Origin: an uncultured Bacteroidales bacterium
GTDB lineage: Bacteria; Bacteroidota; Bacteroidia; Bacteroidales; Paludibacteraceae
NCBI GenBank assembly: GCA_903912795.1
Contig: CAIWIS010000237.1
Coordinates: 15,736 to 79,735, forward strand
Direction: 5' to 3'
DNA: 64,000 nucleotides
Shown here: positions 17,836-27,154 of the stretch, piece by piece
How the letters are laid out: each line of letters starts with the position of its first letter
How positions within the stretch are numbered: position 1 is the stretch's first letter
Program-made: the position numbers and the translations under genes
The notes under the pieces: model-generated
What the model saw: the letters and a program-made list of their open reading frames with translations, nothing else
The model's database searches: none
Told to the model about the DNA's origin: nothing

Positions 17836-20565
17836 TTATCTCATTCTTTCAACTACACATTTCCAAGTAATTGTTTTAGAATTAACACCAGTAACACGAA
17901 CATCAACATCAGATGCATTTACAACAAAAGTACAGTTAGCAGATGCCATGCCGTGATCTTCACTAGTGTAGTCAGATTGAATAACGCCTAAGCTAACAGT
18001 TCCACCTACGTTTTTAACTTTAACAGTTTTTTCGTAAACAACTGAATCGCCAGTGCTAGATTCAATACCAGTAACCATGATTTTTACAAGTTCAACAGAA
18101 CCTACTGCTGGAGAAACTGTAGAAACGATAGCGTTCATAGATCCAGTAGTAGAAGTAGAAGAACCTTTAATGTTGTAACGTACGTTGTTATCTTTGATTT
18201 CAAAGATTGACTCAGGAGTAGAAGTACCTACACCAATAGCACCAACATTTACAACATCATTGCCACCCATGTTAAGGTCGCCTGACATTGTATCGCCAGC
18301 TTTATTAAGTTTAAGAGCTTCAGCAGCTTGAGCGCGGCTTTGTTCAGAAGATATAGCAGATTGACGATCAGAAACTTCTTGAGAAATTTGACCTTGAAGA
18401 TCAGATTCTTCGCTTTCTGCGCGATTTTTTTCTACAAGAACTGCAGCATCAGCATAATCTTTAGCAGTTTGAAGATTAGAAGCAACTGTATTAACAAGAG
18501 CACTAACAGCACTTTCGTCATTAGCTAATTGATCAGCAATTTCTTTTAATGTATCAAGAGTACCAGGGGCACCGTTGATCAAATCAGCAATTTTTTGATC
18601 AGTATAAGCTTTAGAATCGTTTAGTTTGATAGCATCTTGAGAATCAGCATAATCTTTAGCTTCAACTAAGTTGTCAGCATCATTAGCAATACGAGACGCT
18701 TCTTCAGAAGAAATCAAGCTTTGTAGTGCAGCAACATCAGAAATACGAGAAGCTTCTTCAGCATCAATATTTGATTGCAATACGTTATCAGCAGATTGTC
18801 TAGCTGATTGTTCGCCAGAAACTGCAGATTGTCTGTTAGTGATTTCGCTATTGATTTGACCTTGAAGATCAGAAACATCGCTTTGTCTATCAGAAACTTC
18901 TTGAGAAATTTGAGATTGTAAGCTAGATTCAACTCCCATTGCGCGAGTTTTCTCAGCATCAACGTAAGTTTTAGTTGTAGGATCAGTTTCTAGAATATCA
19001 AGTCTAGCATCAAGAGCGTTATCTGCAGCAGTAGCACGACTAACTTCATTGCTAATAGCAACACCAATATCATTAGTGATAGTATTTTGCAAATTAGTAA
19101 TAGCTAATTCTCTAGCAGAAACTTCAGATGCTAAATCTGCAGCTAAAACGCCTTCAGCGGCCATTGCACGACTAGTCTCAGAAGAGATGTCAGAAGACAA
19201 TGAGCTTTCAGCGGCCATAGCGCGAGATTCTTCAGCAGAAATGCTAGAAGATAAAGAACTTTCTACGCCTTGAGCGCGAGAAACTTCGCTAGTGATTTGA
19301 GATTGAAGATCAGCTTCAACGCCCATTGCGCGAGTTTCTTCAGAATCAATATTAGCTTGAAGAACACCCTCAGCAGCCATTGCACGAGATTGCTCTGCGT
19401 TAATGTTAGATTGAAGAGTTTGATCTCCAGAAATGCGAGAAGATTCTTCTGCATCAATATTATCTTGAAGAGTTTGTTCAGCATTTTGTGCGCGAGTAAT
19501 CTCTTGACCTAAAGCTGAAGTAGACGCAGAACCTAAAGCACTAACTGCACCATTAAGACTGCTATCAGCAGCTTGGAACGCAGCAACGATTTCTGTCAAA
19601 GAATCAAGAGCTGCAGGATCAACATTGCTAACGATGTTGTTGATTTGACCTTGAAGGCCAGAAACTTCACCATCAACATAAGTTTTAGTTACAGGATCTG
19701 CTTCTAAAACATCCAAACGACCGCTAAGAGCTGATTCAGCACCTTGAGCACGAGAAACTTCAGAAGTTAAATCTGAACGTAAACCGCTTTCAATGCCCAT
19801 TGCTCTAGATTCTTCAGAATCAATATTTGATTGAAGATCTTGTTCTGCACCTTGAGCACGAGAAACTTCAGATGAAAGATCTGAACTCAAAATACCTTCT
19901 GCCGCCATCGCACGAGATTGCTCAGAAGATACGCTAGAACTAAGTCCAGCTTCTGCTGCCATAGCGCGTGATTTTTCAACATCGCTATAATCTTTAGCAT
20001 CTTGCAATGCTTTAGCAATAGAACCAGTTCCAACACCTTCAATGATGTCTAAACGAGAATCAAGATCCGCATCAGCAGATTGTCTAGAACTAGCTTCGCT
20101 AGATACTAAACCTTCAACTCTTGAAATCTCAGATTGACGAGTAGAAACTTCAGATGATAAATCAGAAGTCAATACACCTTCAGCAGCTTGAGCGCGAGAA
20201 ACTTCGCTATCAAGATTACCTTGAAGAACATTTTCAGCAGACATTGCACGAGATTCTTCAGAGTCAATTTGACCTTGAAGATCTAGAATTGCAGCATCTA
20301 CATAAGATTTTGTTACAGGATCAAGTTCGAGAACGTCTAAGCGTCCATCAAGATCAGCTAAGTCTAAACCTAACTGTGTAGCATCTACTGTGCTAAGTTT
20401 CCAGTCAGCATCGCCAGAACCTACTTTTAGATAGATTCCACCTTGACCAGCAACGATCACCATAGAGCCGATTTCGGCTGTTAAACCACCATTCATGTGT
20501 GGTGCAACGTCCGTGATAATTAATCGTGTATCACCAATTGTGATTTGCGATAAAATTACTGCCAT
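17836..20565 (-). CDS. long coiled-coil tail fibre
   Basis: 909 aa. It holds dozens of ~18-aa repeats (..SE.SRA(Q/M).AE..L.S.L.), an LINGAPGTLDTLKEIADQL motif common in phage fibres, and a C-terminal beta domain shared with 20585-21250. Confidence 0.8.
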   Translation of the reverse strand: MAVILSQITIGDTRLIITDVAPHMNGGLTAEIGSMVIVAGQGGIYLKVGSGDADWKLSTVDATQLGLDLADLDGRLDVLELDPVTKSYVDAAILDLQGQIDSEESRAMSAENVLQGNLDSEVSRAQAAEGVLTSDLSSEVSTRQSEISRVEGLVSSEASSRQSADADLDSRLDIIEGVGTGSIAKALQDAKDYSDVEKSRAMAAEAGLSSSVSSEQSRAMAAEGILSSDLSSEVSRAQGAEQDLQSNIDSEESRAMGIESGLRSDLTSEVSRAQGAESALSGRLDVLEADPVTKTYVDGEVSGLQGQINNIVSNVDPAALDSLTEIVAAFQAADSSLNGAVSALGSASTSALGQEITRAQNAEQTLQDNIDAEESSRISGDQTLQSNINAEQSRAMAAEGVLQANIDSEETRAMGVEADLQSQITSEVSRAQGVESSLSSSISAEESRAMAAESSLSSDISSETSRAMAAEGVLAADLASEVSARELAITNLQNTITNDIGVAISNEVSRATAADNALDARLDILETDPTTKTYVDAEKTRAMGVESSLQSQISQEVSDRQSDVSDLQGQINSEITNRQSAVSGEQSARQSADNVLQSNIDAEEASRISDVAALQSLISSEEASRIANDADNLVEAKDYADSQDAIKLNDSKAYTDQKIADLINGAPGTLDTLKEIADQLANDESAVSALVNTVASNLQTAKDYADAAVLVEKNRAESEESDLQGQISQEVSDRQSAISSEQSRAQAAEALKLNKAGDTMSGDLNMGGNDVVNVGAIGVGTSTPESIFEIKDNNVRYNIKGSSTSTTGSMNAIVSTVSPAVGSVELVKIMVTGIESSTGDSVVYEKTVKVKNVGGTVSLGVIQSDYTSEDHGMASANCTFVVNASDVDVRVTGVNSKTITWKCVVERMR

Positions 20566-20584
20566 ATTTACTCCTCCTTCAGAG

Positions 20585-21250
20585 TTACATGTTCACGCAG
20601 GTTATAATTTCTGCGTTCCATTTTAAATTATTATTAACCGCCCCAATAACGGTTATTATTACCTCAGTCGAATTTACTGAAACTGTTACATTCATGTGTG
20701 AATTATCTCTAGATGTATAATCGGATTGATAATCATGTACCGTAACAGATGAACCTATAGATTTAACTCTAAATGTTCTTAGGAATGTTGCGCCATCCCC
20801 AGGACTTCCAGTAGTCCCTCCAAGTCGTCTAGTCGTAACTTTTAATTCTACTAACCAAGTACCATCATTATTGCAATCCATAGTAAATATATTTTGCGGT
20901 AAATGAGTGTTAGTAATTAAACTTGCTTGAAAACGTCCATTTTTATCATCAACAATTTTAGTAGGACTAATTTTGTCAACATAAAAATCATTAATAATTC
21001 CAGGAGCTAAATCAATTGAAATAATATTTCCAGAACCATCTCTAGTAACTGCTAATGATTGCGAATCAATAAGCAATCTTGTTGAAATTTCTTGGATATA
21101 TTGTTCAGTTACCCCTAGAGCGACTACATCGCCAGTGTCTAATTTAATTTTTAACGAATCATCAGAATCATCAAAATATAAACTAGCCTTACCTGAAGGA
21201 GGCGTAGGTATATTACTTGATGAGGTCCCTTTAAAACGTATTCTAGACAC
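20585..21250 (-). CDS. fibre/baseplate-associated protein, C-terminal domain paralogous to the 909-aa fibre
   Basis: GTG start with GGAGG SD. The C-terminal ...V.V.....QSDYTS.D......V.V......I.V.G.....KW block is shared with the C-terminus of 17836-20565. Confidence 0.55.
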   Translation of the reverse strand: MSRIRFKGTSSSNIPTPPSGKASLYFDDSDDSLKIKLDTGDVVALGVTEQYIQEISTRLLIDSQSLAVTRDGSGNIISIDLAPGIINDFYVDKISPTKIVDDKNGRFQASLITNTHLPQNIFTMDCNNDGTWLVELKVTTRRLGGTTGSPGDGATFLRTFRVKSIGSSVTVHDYQSDYTSRDNSHMNVTVSVNSTEVIITVIGAVNNNLKWNAEIITCVNM

Positions 21251-21459
21251 TATTCCTCCAGAATTAGAGATCCAAGAAGTTCTAGATCTCCATCCACTTC
21301 AAAACCATCATGGACAACCATTTGGTTATTTTCTTGAATAGTTAATTTTTTTCCTACTGGAATATTTTCATAAGAAAAATTATTGTCATTAACATATTCT
21401 ATTTTCCCTGTTAAGGGATTTACAACTACCTTCTTCTTAGGTCTTATTGCCTTACTCAT
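21250..21459 (-). CDS. hypothetical virion-module protein
   Basis: 69 aa, TAATG overlap at the start and a one-nt overlap at the stop. Confidence 0.5.
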   Translation of the reverse strand: MSKAIRPKKKVVVNPLTGKIEYVNDNNFSYENIPVGKKLTIQENNQMVVHDGFEVDGDLELLGSLILEE

Positions 21460-21755
21460 TAGTAATCACTCACTTGGATACTTTGAAGATCGCCATCTTC
21501 ATCATATACAATAGTCACTAATTGTATGTCAATATTATTGAATTGCGATTTTATTTGTAATGGGTCACCCTCATCTGTTTTACTTAATACTATAATTTTA
21601 TCAAATGGCTTTGTAAATGTTGAACCATTTCCAACATTTATACTTCCATCAGCATTAACTTTTAGGCTTCGAGATGGTTGTGTTCCATCTACTAATTGCA
21701 TAGCTACATCGCCAGCTTGATTAGTCCTAATTGGTAAGCTTGAAAAATCTGCCAT
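21459..21755 (-). CDS. hypothetical virion-module protein
   Basis: 98 aa. Shares the LKVNADGSINV motif with 21770-22489 and 22967-24421. Confidence 0.55.
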   Translation of the reverse strand: MADFSSLPIRTNQAGDVAMQLVDGTQPSRSLKVNADGSINVGNGSTFTKPFDKIIVLSKTDEGDPLQIKSQFNNIDIQLVTIVYDEDGDLQSIQVSDY

Positions 21756-21769
21756 TGTTCAATTCTTTC

Positions 21770-22489
21770 TTATGCTTCAATTTCCATAAATTGTAATGTT
21801 GCATCAAAAGTTCCTGAACCGACACCACCATTAGTGGCATCAATTCTTACAACATCACCTGGAGCTAATATTATACCAAAAGAACTAGCCGTATTCAAGT
21901 CCATAGTTTGACTGAATTGTGTATGGGCCATTCTAGTCTTTATAAGAATATCACTATTTTTATAAAGAATATAGCTACTATTCTGATCACCACTTATATA
22001 AACTTTTTGAAGATAGTACTGAGCTTGTCCTGAAGGTGCTGTATAATTAACTATCGTACTAGTTATTCCTACATTTACTCCAGTAATTGTACCATAAGTT
22101 AATTTAGTTGGTCCTACAGGAACTTGCTTTGTTGTTGCAGTTATTGTCGGATTTAAAAGATTAACATCTAATCCGGTTTTAGACTGCAAAGTAGTTGTAG
22201 TCGCTAAATTAACTCCATCTCCAATTCTAACACTATCATTTGATTGATCAATATTTAATTCTAAACCATTAGTAATATTAGCATCAATCGAACCATCAGC
22301 ATTAATTTTAAGGTGTTTAGTTCCTGTTGGATCAGAAATAGCTATATTATCACCGCCAGCAGCGTCAATAACTATATCCATGCTACCAACAGTAGCATTA
22401 ACTTGAGCATCAACTTTTAATTTTTTAGTAGATTCATCATATACGCTACGCAGTACCTGATTACCATCTAACTTCGTCATGCCCGACAA
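21770..22489 (-). CDS. virion protein, N-terminal module paralogous to 22967-24421
   Basis: 239 aa. LDGNQVLRSVYDESTKKLKVDA...IDAAGGDNI...INADGSI aligns with the N-terminus of the 484-aa protein. TTG start with AGAGGTG SD. Confidence 0.6.
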   Translation of the reverse strand: MSGMTKLDGNQVLRSVYDESTKKLKVDAQVNATVGSMDIVIDAAGGDNIAISDPTGTKHLKINADGSIDANITNGLELNIDQSNDSVRIGDGVNLATTTTLQSKTGLDVNLLNPTITATTKQVPVGPTKLTYGTITGVNVGITSTIVNYTAPSGQAQYYLQKVYISGDQNSSYILYKNSDILIKTRMAHTQFSQTMDLNTASSFGIILAPGDVVRIDATNGGVGSGTFDATLQFMEIEA

Positions 22490-22501
22490 ATTGCACCTCT
22501 A

Positions 22502-22517
22502 TAGATAAACTTGTTAA
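22502..22517 (-). promoter_or_regulatory. late-promoter-like motif TTAACAAGT-N6-A
   Basis: Minus strand reads TTAACAAGTttatctA, then AGAGGTG SD. Confidence 0.5.
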
Positions 22518-22576
22518 TCTGTATTGATTTTTAGTAAAAATAAAGATATAATAGAATAAATCATTAGGAGTCGATT

Positions 22577-22714
22577 ATGAAATACGGTCTTTTTATGAAA
22601 AAAGACAATAAACTCTTGGAATTTCAAGAACTTAAAGATTTATATGAATTTATTTTAAAAGCTCAATTGGAAATTGATTCGTACAAAATTTATAAATTAG
22701 AGGATGTGTTATAA
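22577..22714 (+). CDS. small hypothetical protein (45 aa, below the track cut-off)
   Basis: AGGAG SD 7 nt upstream. MKYGLFMKKDNKLLEFQELKDLYEFILKAQLEIDSYKIYKLEDVL. Confidence 0.4.
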   Translation: MKYGLFMKKDNKLLEFQELKDLYEFILKAQLEIDSYKIYKLEDVL

Positions 22715-22715
22715 T

Positions 22716-22970
22716 ATGGGTAAATACGGATTATATATAGTTTTAGTTGTAGTTTTAGGATTTACAGGAATTATCTATTACATGGCCGAACAACCACCTA
22801 AAATGGTTATCCAAGTATTAAGCATTGCTGAAAATTCGTATTTTTTAGGATGTGCCGAAAATTTGTTTGAAATTTCCGGTCTCCCCAAAGACGAAATTAT
22901 TGTTATTTGTAAAGAAGAATCTAAAACTTATAGAGCAAATATGGCCCGATTTATTGGTGAAGAGAACTAA
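22716..22970 (+). CDS. small membrane protein
   Basis: N-terminal TM helix (GLYIVLVVVLGFTGIIYY). I prefer ATG 22716 to the track start at 22704. Confidence 0.5.
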   Translation: MGKYGLYIVLVVVLGFTGIIYYMAEQPPKMVIQVLSIAENSYFLGCAENLFEISGLPKDEIIVICKEESKTYRANMARFIGEEN

Positions 22971-24421
22971 TAAATTTCTCTCCACTGAAGACTAACGCCA
23001 ACATTAGTAGCTTTGCTATCAATGTTGGTGGCTACTATTACATATATTTCAGAATCAGTACTATCATAATTTTGGACAATATAATTCTTTTTTGCACTAC
23101 TAGGTAAATTTGCGCTTGGTGCTCCACCAGCCTTATTTCCACCATTTACCGCAGAAGCGCAATAACCGCCATCCAACCTGTCTCCACCGGAATAACCAGT
23201 AGCTAAAGCGTAATACTCTACACCGCTATCAGCATTAACACTAGTCCAAACACCTGAACCTCCAGTTAAGCTGGCTATATTTGGTAATTTAATTATACTA
23301 TAAGATATATTTCCTGAATCGCTAAAAATATTAGCATTTCCTAATCTTACGATCATTCTATTTTGATAAGTTTTATATGCGTTTTTAAGTCTTATAGCCA
23401 TTATAGGTAATGTTGCACCTGCAGCTAAAGAACGTAAAGATGGATTAGCAACAGACCAATCTATTCCTGCCTCAACATAACCGCCTTCACTAATTACTGT
23501 GGTACAAATTTGATCCATGTAACCGCCAGCAGTCGCACCAGTATTTAAAATTTCACAACGAATAGGAAGATTTGGATTACTCATATAAACAACATTTAAA
23601 TTATTCGATCCACTAAATTCGTGAGCTTCAATGTAATTCCCGTTATGCGCAAACCCAACTCTAACTCTACCAACACCTAACCATTGAAAATCAATGAATA
23701 ATAATTGAGTTTTAGTAATATCTAAATTAAATCCACTAATTCCGGTACCATTACATTTATCTATATTCCATGCAGATTGGGGAATTCTAGTATCTACAGG
23801 AGAACCAGTTACATAACTTCTTAATACGATATTTAATGTTCCATTACCAACTTGTTCAAAAAATATACCATTGTTATCATCAAAATAACCAGTGCGTTTA
23901 GTGACATTAGAAACTGCCGTATAAAAATTAAAACTAGCTAAAGTTAATTGACTTTTACCAGGCATATAATGATGATAAAATTTCGTTTGATGAACTGCCC
24001 TACTAGATACATTTGACGTTGTTGCTAATCTTGCACAAGCTTGATTTGATTGAAATGCTATTGTCGCACCATTAACTGTATAGTCAATAAAATTAGGATC
24101 TAAACCATAAAGATGTTTATAATCGCCTAAAGTAAAAGGTGATGAAATTCTTTGTCTAGCAAAAGCATCTAATGATCCTACTGACGGTGTAGTGATAACA
24201 TTTCCGACAACATTTATACTTCCATCAGCATTTACATTAAGAAAATTGTTGCCATCTTGACTCGCAACTGATATATTATCACCTGAAGCTGCATCAATTA
24301 CAACTTCAACGCTATTCATTTCAGAAATTGAAGCATCAACTCTAAGACGGTTATTAGGTTCGTCATAAGCCTTGCGAATAATTTGTGGCGCATCTAATTT
24401 GGAAGTTATTATATCACTCAT
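22967..24421 (-). CDS. virion structural protein (fibre or spike with predicted beta-sandwich body)
   Basis: 484 aa, AGGAG SD. The N-terminal module is shared with 21770-22489. The body contains QSAWNIDKCNGTGISGFNLDITKTQLLFIDFQWLGVGRVRVGF, which looks jelly-roll-like. Confidence 0.55.
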   Translation of the reverse strand: MSDIITSKLDAPQIIRKAYDEPNNRLRVDASISEMNSVEVVIDAASGDNISVASQDGNNFLNVNADGSINVVGNVITTPSVGSLDAFARQRISSPFTLGDYKHLYGLDPNFIDYTVNGATIAFQSNQACARLATTSNVSSRAVHQTKFYHHYMPGKSQLTLASFNFYTAVSNVTKRTGYFDDNNGIFFEQVGNGTLNIVLRSYVTGSPVDTRIPQSAWNIDKCNGTGISGFNLDITKTQLLFIDFQWLGVGRVRVGFAHNGNYIEAHEFSGSNNLNVVYMSNPNLPIRCEILNTGATAGGYMDQICTTVISEGGYVEAGIDWSVANPSLRSLAAGATLPIMAIRLKNAYKTYQNRMIVRLGNANIFSDSGNISYSIIKLPNIASLTGGSGVWTSVNADSGVEYYALATGYSGGDRLDGGYCASAVNGGNKAGGAPSANLPSSAKKNYIVQNYDSTDSEIYVIVATNIDSKATNVGVSLQWREIY

Positions 24422-24436
24422 AAGTTTATCTCCTAA

Positions 24437-24452
24437 TACATAGACTTGTTAA
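24437..24452 (-). promoter_or_regulatory. late-promoter-like motif TTAACAAGT-N6-A
   Basis: Minus strand reads TTAACAAGTctatgtA, then TTAGGAG SD and ATG at 24421. Confidence 0.5.
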
Positions 24453-24466
24453 TAGAAAAGTATTTA

Positions 24467-24706
24467 ATGAAAAATATAGAATTAATACAAGAAATATTAG
24501 AAAAACAAAATGAAATTAAGTACTTAGGTTATTTATTGATAGTTGATTACAGGACTGGTGAAGTTTCATTAAAAATGAGTGCTTCTGGAGTGTCAAGAAA
24601 TTTTAAATTTAAAAATATGAATGAATGTCTTAATAAAATTATTGATATAATACGACAACTTAAGCGTTTAGAAACGTATTATTTACGAAAACAAAGTCTA
24701 AAATAA
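24467..24706 (+). CDS. hypothetical protein
   Basis: Uses the ATG at 24467. The track TTG start at 24446 lies inside the minus-strand promoter motif. Confidence 0.45.
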   Translation: MKNIELIQEILEKQNEIKYLGYLLIVDYRTGEVSLKMSASGVSRNFKFKNMNECLNKIIDIIRQLKRLETYYLRKQSLK

Positions 24707-24708
24707 AA

Positions 24709-24865
24709 CCAGGGCGAGCCGGACGCGACTCCGGCATTATGCTTACTATGGGTATTCTTTAACCATTAATTCAGCAAACTCTATTGTCTTTTGCGCGTGT
24801 TCTTTGTGAAACGATTAGAGAGGTTCTCTAAAACCTTTCGTACACAGCTTCCACGCCTTCGCCCC
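24709..24865 (-). ncRNA. candidate structured RNA with a tRNA-like acceptor/T-arm closure (3' of phoH2)
   Basis: ORF-free and much more GC-rich than its flanks. On the minus strand, 5' GGGGCGA (24865-24859) pairs with UCGCCCU (24717-24711). That strand is directly preceded by hairpin GCCGGA-GUCGCG-UCCGGC (24735-24718) and followed by GG-UUUUAUUUU. An internal 7-bp hairpin UUAGAGA-ACC-UCUCUAA is also present. Confidence 0.35.
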
Positions 24866-24872
24866 AAAAATA

Positions 24873-26189
24873 CTATAAAATATTAGCAGCTAGTTCAGCA
24901 AGTTCAGATCTTTCACCTTTAGTTAAAGTAACATGCGCTGCAATAGCATGTCCTCTAAATTTTTCAACAGCATATGTCAATCCGCTATTTGCAGAATCAA
25001 TATATGGATTATCAATTTGATACACGTCACCAGTCAAAACAATTTTAGTTCCCACTCCGGCACGAGTAATAATAGTTTTAATTTCATGCGGAGTTAAATT
25101 TTGAGCTTCATCAACTATAAGATATTGTTGAGGAATACTACGTCCTCGAATATAAGTTAATGGTTCAATATTTAAAATGCCTTGAGCAATTAATTCCTGA
25201 GCGCGCCCTGCGGCCTTTTTATCGGCCCCCATCAAATATTCTACGTTATCAAAAATTGGTTGCATCCAAGGATTTAACTTTTCCTCAACAGTTCCAGGTA
25301 GATAGCCAATATCTTTACCCATTGGAAAAATTGGGCGAGACACTAAAAGTTTTTTATATTGCTTATCGTCCAAAATTTTTTGAAGACCTGCAGCTATTGC
25401 TAGTAAAGTTTTACCTGTTCCAGCTTTTCCAACCAAAGATACCAATTTAATTTCATCATTTAATAAACAATCCATAGCAAAAGCTTGCTCGACATTATGG
25501 GCATGAATACCCCAAATATTTTCATCAACTCCAACTAAAGGAACGATGCCTTGAGCTTGTTCTGAATATCGACCAATTCCTGATAAACTGGAATTTGATT
25601 TATCTTTCAGGATAACGTACTGATTTGCGTAAAGTTTAATGTCAGTTTTTAAAACGCCAGCTTGATAAAATGTATCTAAATCTTTGTAAGTTACTGGAAT
25701 CTCTAGATAACTTTCATAAAGATTATCTTTATTAATTTCATTGCCATCATAATCTTTTGCTACCACTCCATAAACATCGGCCATAATTCTAAGATTAATA
25801 TCTTTACTAATTAACTCAACCGTTGATTTTGGAAATTGTTTTTTCAGGACTAATGCGGTATTTAAAATTCTATTATCAGCTTTTTGTGCATCCAGTTCTT
25901 TTGGCATTTCAGTTAGCATTAAATCAATGTTAACATAAATCACAATTTTAGTATCATCTACTTTAATTCCTTCAGCTAAAGAACCCTTAGCTCTCAGGAT
26001 GTCTATAAATCTACTAAATTGTCGCGCATTTCGACCATTTTCTCCTTGGTCTTTTTTAAATTTATCTACTTCTTCTATAACTGAGATCGGAATATATATG
26101 TCCGCGTCTCCTAAACGTAAAATAGCTTGAAAATCAAAAAGAATTACATTGGTATCGACTACTATCTTTTTGCGTTTTATTTTGCTCAA
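24873..26189 (-). CDS. phoH: PhoH2-type protein (N-terminal PIN domain fused to PhoH ATPase)
   Basis: 438 aa. PIN-like KKIVVDTNVIL at the N-terminus, Walker A GKAGTGKTLLA, Walker B LIVDEAQNL. TTG start with GGAG SD. Confidence 0.85.
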   Translation of the reverse strand: MSKIKRKKIVVDTNVILFDFQAILRLGDADIYIPISVIEEVDKFKKDQGENGRNARQFSRFIDILRAKGSLAEGIKVDDTKIVIYVNIDLMLTEMPKELDAQKADNRILNTALVLKKQFPKSTVELISKDINLRIMADVYGVVAKDYDGNEINKDNLYESYLEIPVTYKDLDTFYQAGVLKTDIKLYANQYVILKDKSNSSLSGIGRYSEQAQGIVPLVGVDENIWGIHAHNVEQAFAMDCLLNDEIKLVSLVGKAGTGKTLLAIAAGLQKILDDKQYKKLLVSRPIFPMGKDIGYLPGTVEEKLNPWMQPIFDNVEYLMGADKKAAGRAQELIAQGILNIEPLTYIRGRSIPQQYLIVDEAQNLTPHEIKTIITRAGVGTKIVLTGDVYQIDNPYIDSANSGLTYAVEKFRGHAIAAHVTLTKGERSELAELAANIL

Positions 26190-26217
26190 AGAATCTCCAA
26201 CAAGTTTAATTTACATT

Positions 26218-26246
26218 ATTATATCAAATAGAAGATAAAAAAACAA
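26218..26246 (-). promoter_or_regulatory. sigma-70-like promoter with extended -10 (phoH2)
   Basis: Minus strand reads TTGTTT-17-TATAAT, with TGA immediately upstream of the -10. Confidence 0.4.
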
Positions 26247-26255
26247 ACTTATCGT

Positions 26256-26438
26256 TTATTTTTTGAAAAGTTTTTTGAAGCGTGTTTCTTTAGGGAGTTT
26301 ATCATAACTTTTTTTACCGACATTTTCTTCAGTAAATTCTTTAGCCATTTCATGGTCAATCTTTTTTTGTTTAGCCATTTCTGGATTGTGCTCCATCATC
26401 TTCATAAACTTAAATTGAGCTTTACTCTTTGCTGGCAT
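26256..26438 (-). CDS. small basic protein, DUF3008-like
   Basis: 60 aa. The MPAKSKAQ start is one I associate with DUF3008. AAGGAG SD. Confidence 0.5.
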   Translation of the reverse strand: MPAKSKAQFKFMKMMEHNPEMAKQKKIDHEMAKEFTEENVGKKSYDKLPKETRFKKLFKK

Positions 26439-26451
26439 TTTATGTACTCCT

Positions 26452-26467
26452 TAAAGATACTTGTTAA
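26452..26467 (-). promoter_or_regulatory. late-promoter-like motif TTAACAAGT-N6-A
   Basis: Minus strand reads TTAACAAGTatctttA, then AGGAG. Confidence 0.5.
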
Positions 26468-26476
26468 TAAATTATG

Positions 26477-26505
26477 TTGACAGTCGATTAGCATTTTGAT
26501 ATGAT
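26477..26505 (+). promoter_or_regulatory. sigma-70-like promoter TTGACA-17-TATGAT (early block)
   Basis: Read directly from the sequence. The spacer contains AGTCGATTA, the reverse complement of TAATCGACT. Confidence 0.55.
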
Positions 26506-26525
26506 TTTAATATAAAGGGAGTATT

Positions 26526-26795
26526 ATGTGGGCCGCTAGATATGAAAATTTAGATAAACTTAATAAAGAACTTAATGAATGTGCTGCTCCAATTATGGAT
26601 TATATTAATAAATTCAAAGTTCCTGTAAAATCCGTATTTGTTAGTCCTGAAATGTATGATAAATTAGCATCTCTGTTACAACAAAAACAATGGGAAGAAT
26701 TTTTATTATTTAAAGATCCCGATCATGTTGCACATAGATACATAATTATTTATGGTCCGCATGGTCCAGTTGAAATTAAACGTAAAGTTGATTAG
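26526..26795 (+). CDS. hypothetical protein
   Basis: 89 aa, GGGAG SD. Confidence 0.6.
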   Translation: MWAARYENLDKLNKELNECAAPIMDYINKFKVPVKSVFVSPEMYDKLASLLQQKQWEEFLLFKDPDHVAHRYIIIYGPHGPVEIKRKVD

Positions 26796-26803
26796 AGGTT
26801 ATT

Positions 26804-27154
26804 ATGGATTTAATAGTTACTGATATGCAATCGTATGAGCATGGTAAATGGATTCGACAAAACGATCTTATGATAATTGAAACAAAGTCACCTTATGATA
26901 TACATAATTTTCCCAGGGGTTATCCATATGATTATTCCACTTTAAAATATCTCGCTAAAAACGAATCTAATGGTAATGATTGTATTAGTATTAAAGTTAT
27001 TGGATGGGCATCAAAAGTAATCATACCTCAAAAAGAAACTCTTAATATTGAATATAATGGTAATGTTGTAAAAATTAATAAATCAGGACATTATAAAGTA
27101 AGTACTGTTGGTGGCAAATTAGTTATTGAGGAAATTGATAATGAAAAGAAGTGA
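26804..27154 (+). CDS. hypothetical protein
   Basis: 116 aa, AGAGG SD. Confidence 0.6.
   Translation: MDLIVTDMQSYEHGKWIRQNDLMIIETKSPYDIHNFPRGYPYDYSTLKYLAKNESNGNDCISIKVIGWASKVIIPQKETLNIEYNGNVVKINKSGHYKVSTVGGKLVIEEIDNEKK

Noticed and set aside
18328-20381. Seven track ORFs in other frames or on the other strand inside the 909-aa fibre gene (18328-18528, 18671-18859, 18714-18962, 19049-19273, 19263-19484, 19270-19512, 20154-20381).
   Set aside because: They are by-products of the 54-nt periodic repeat, which keeps several frames open. They have no SD, a low-complexity composition, and lie wholly within a well-supported gene.
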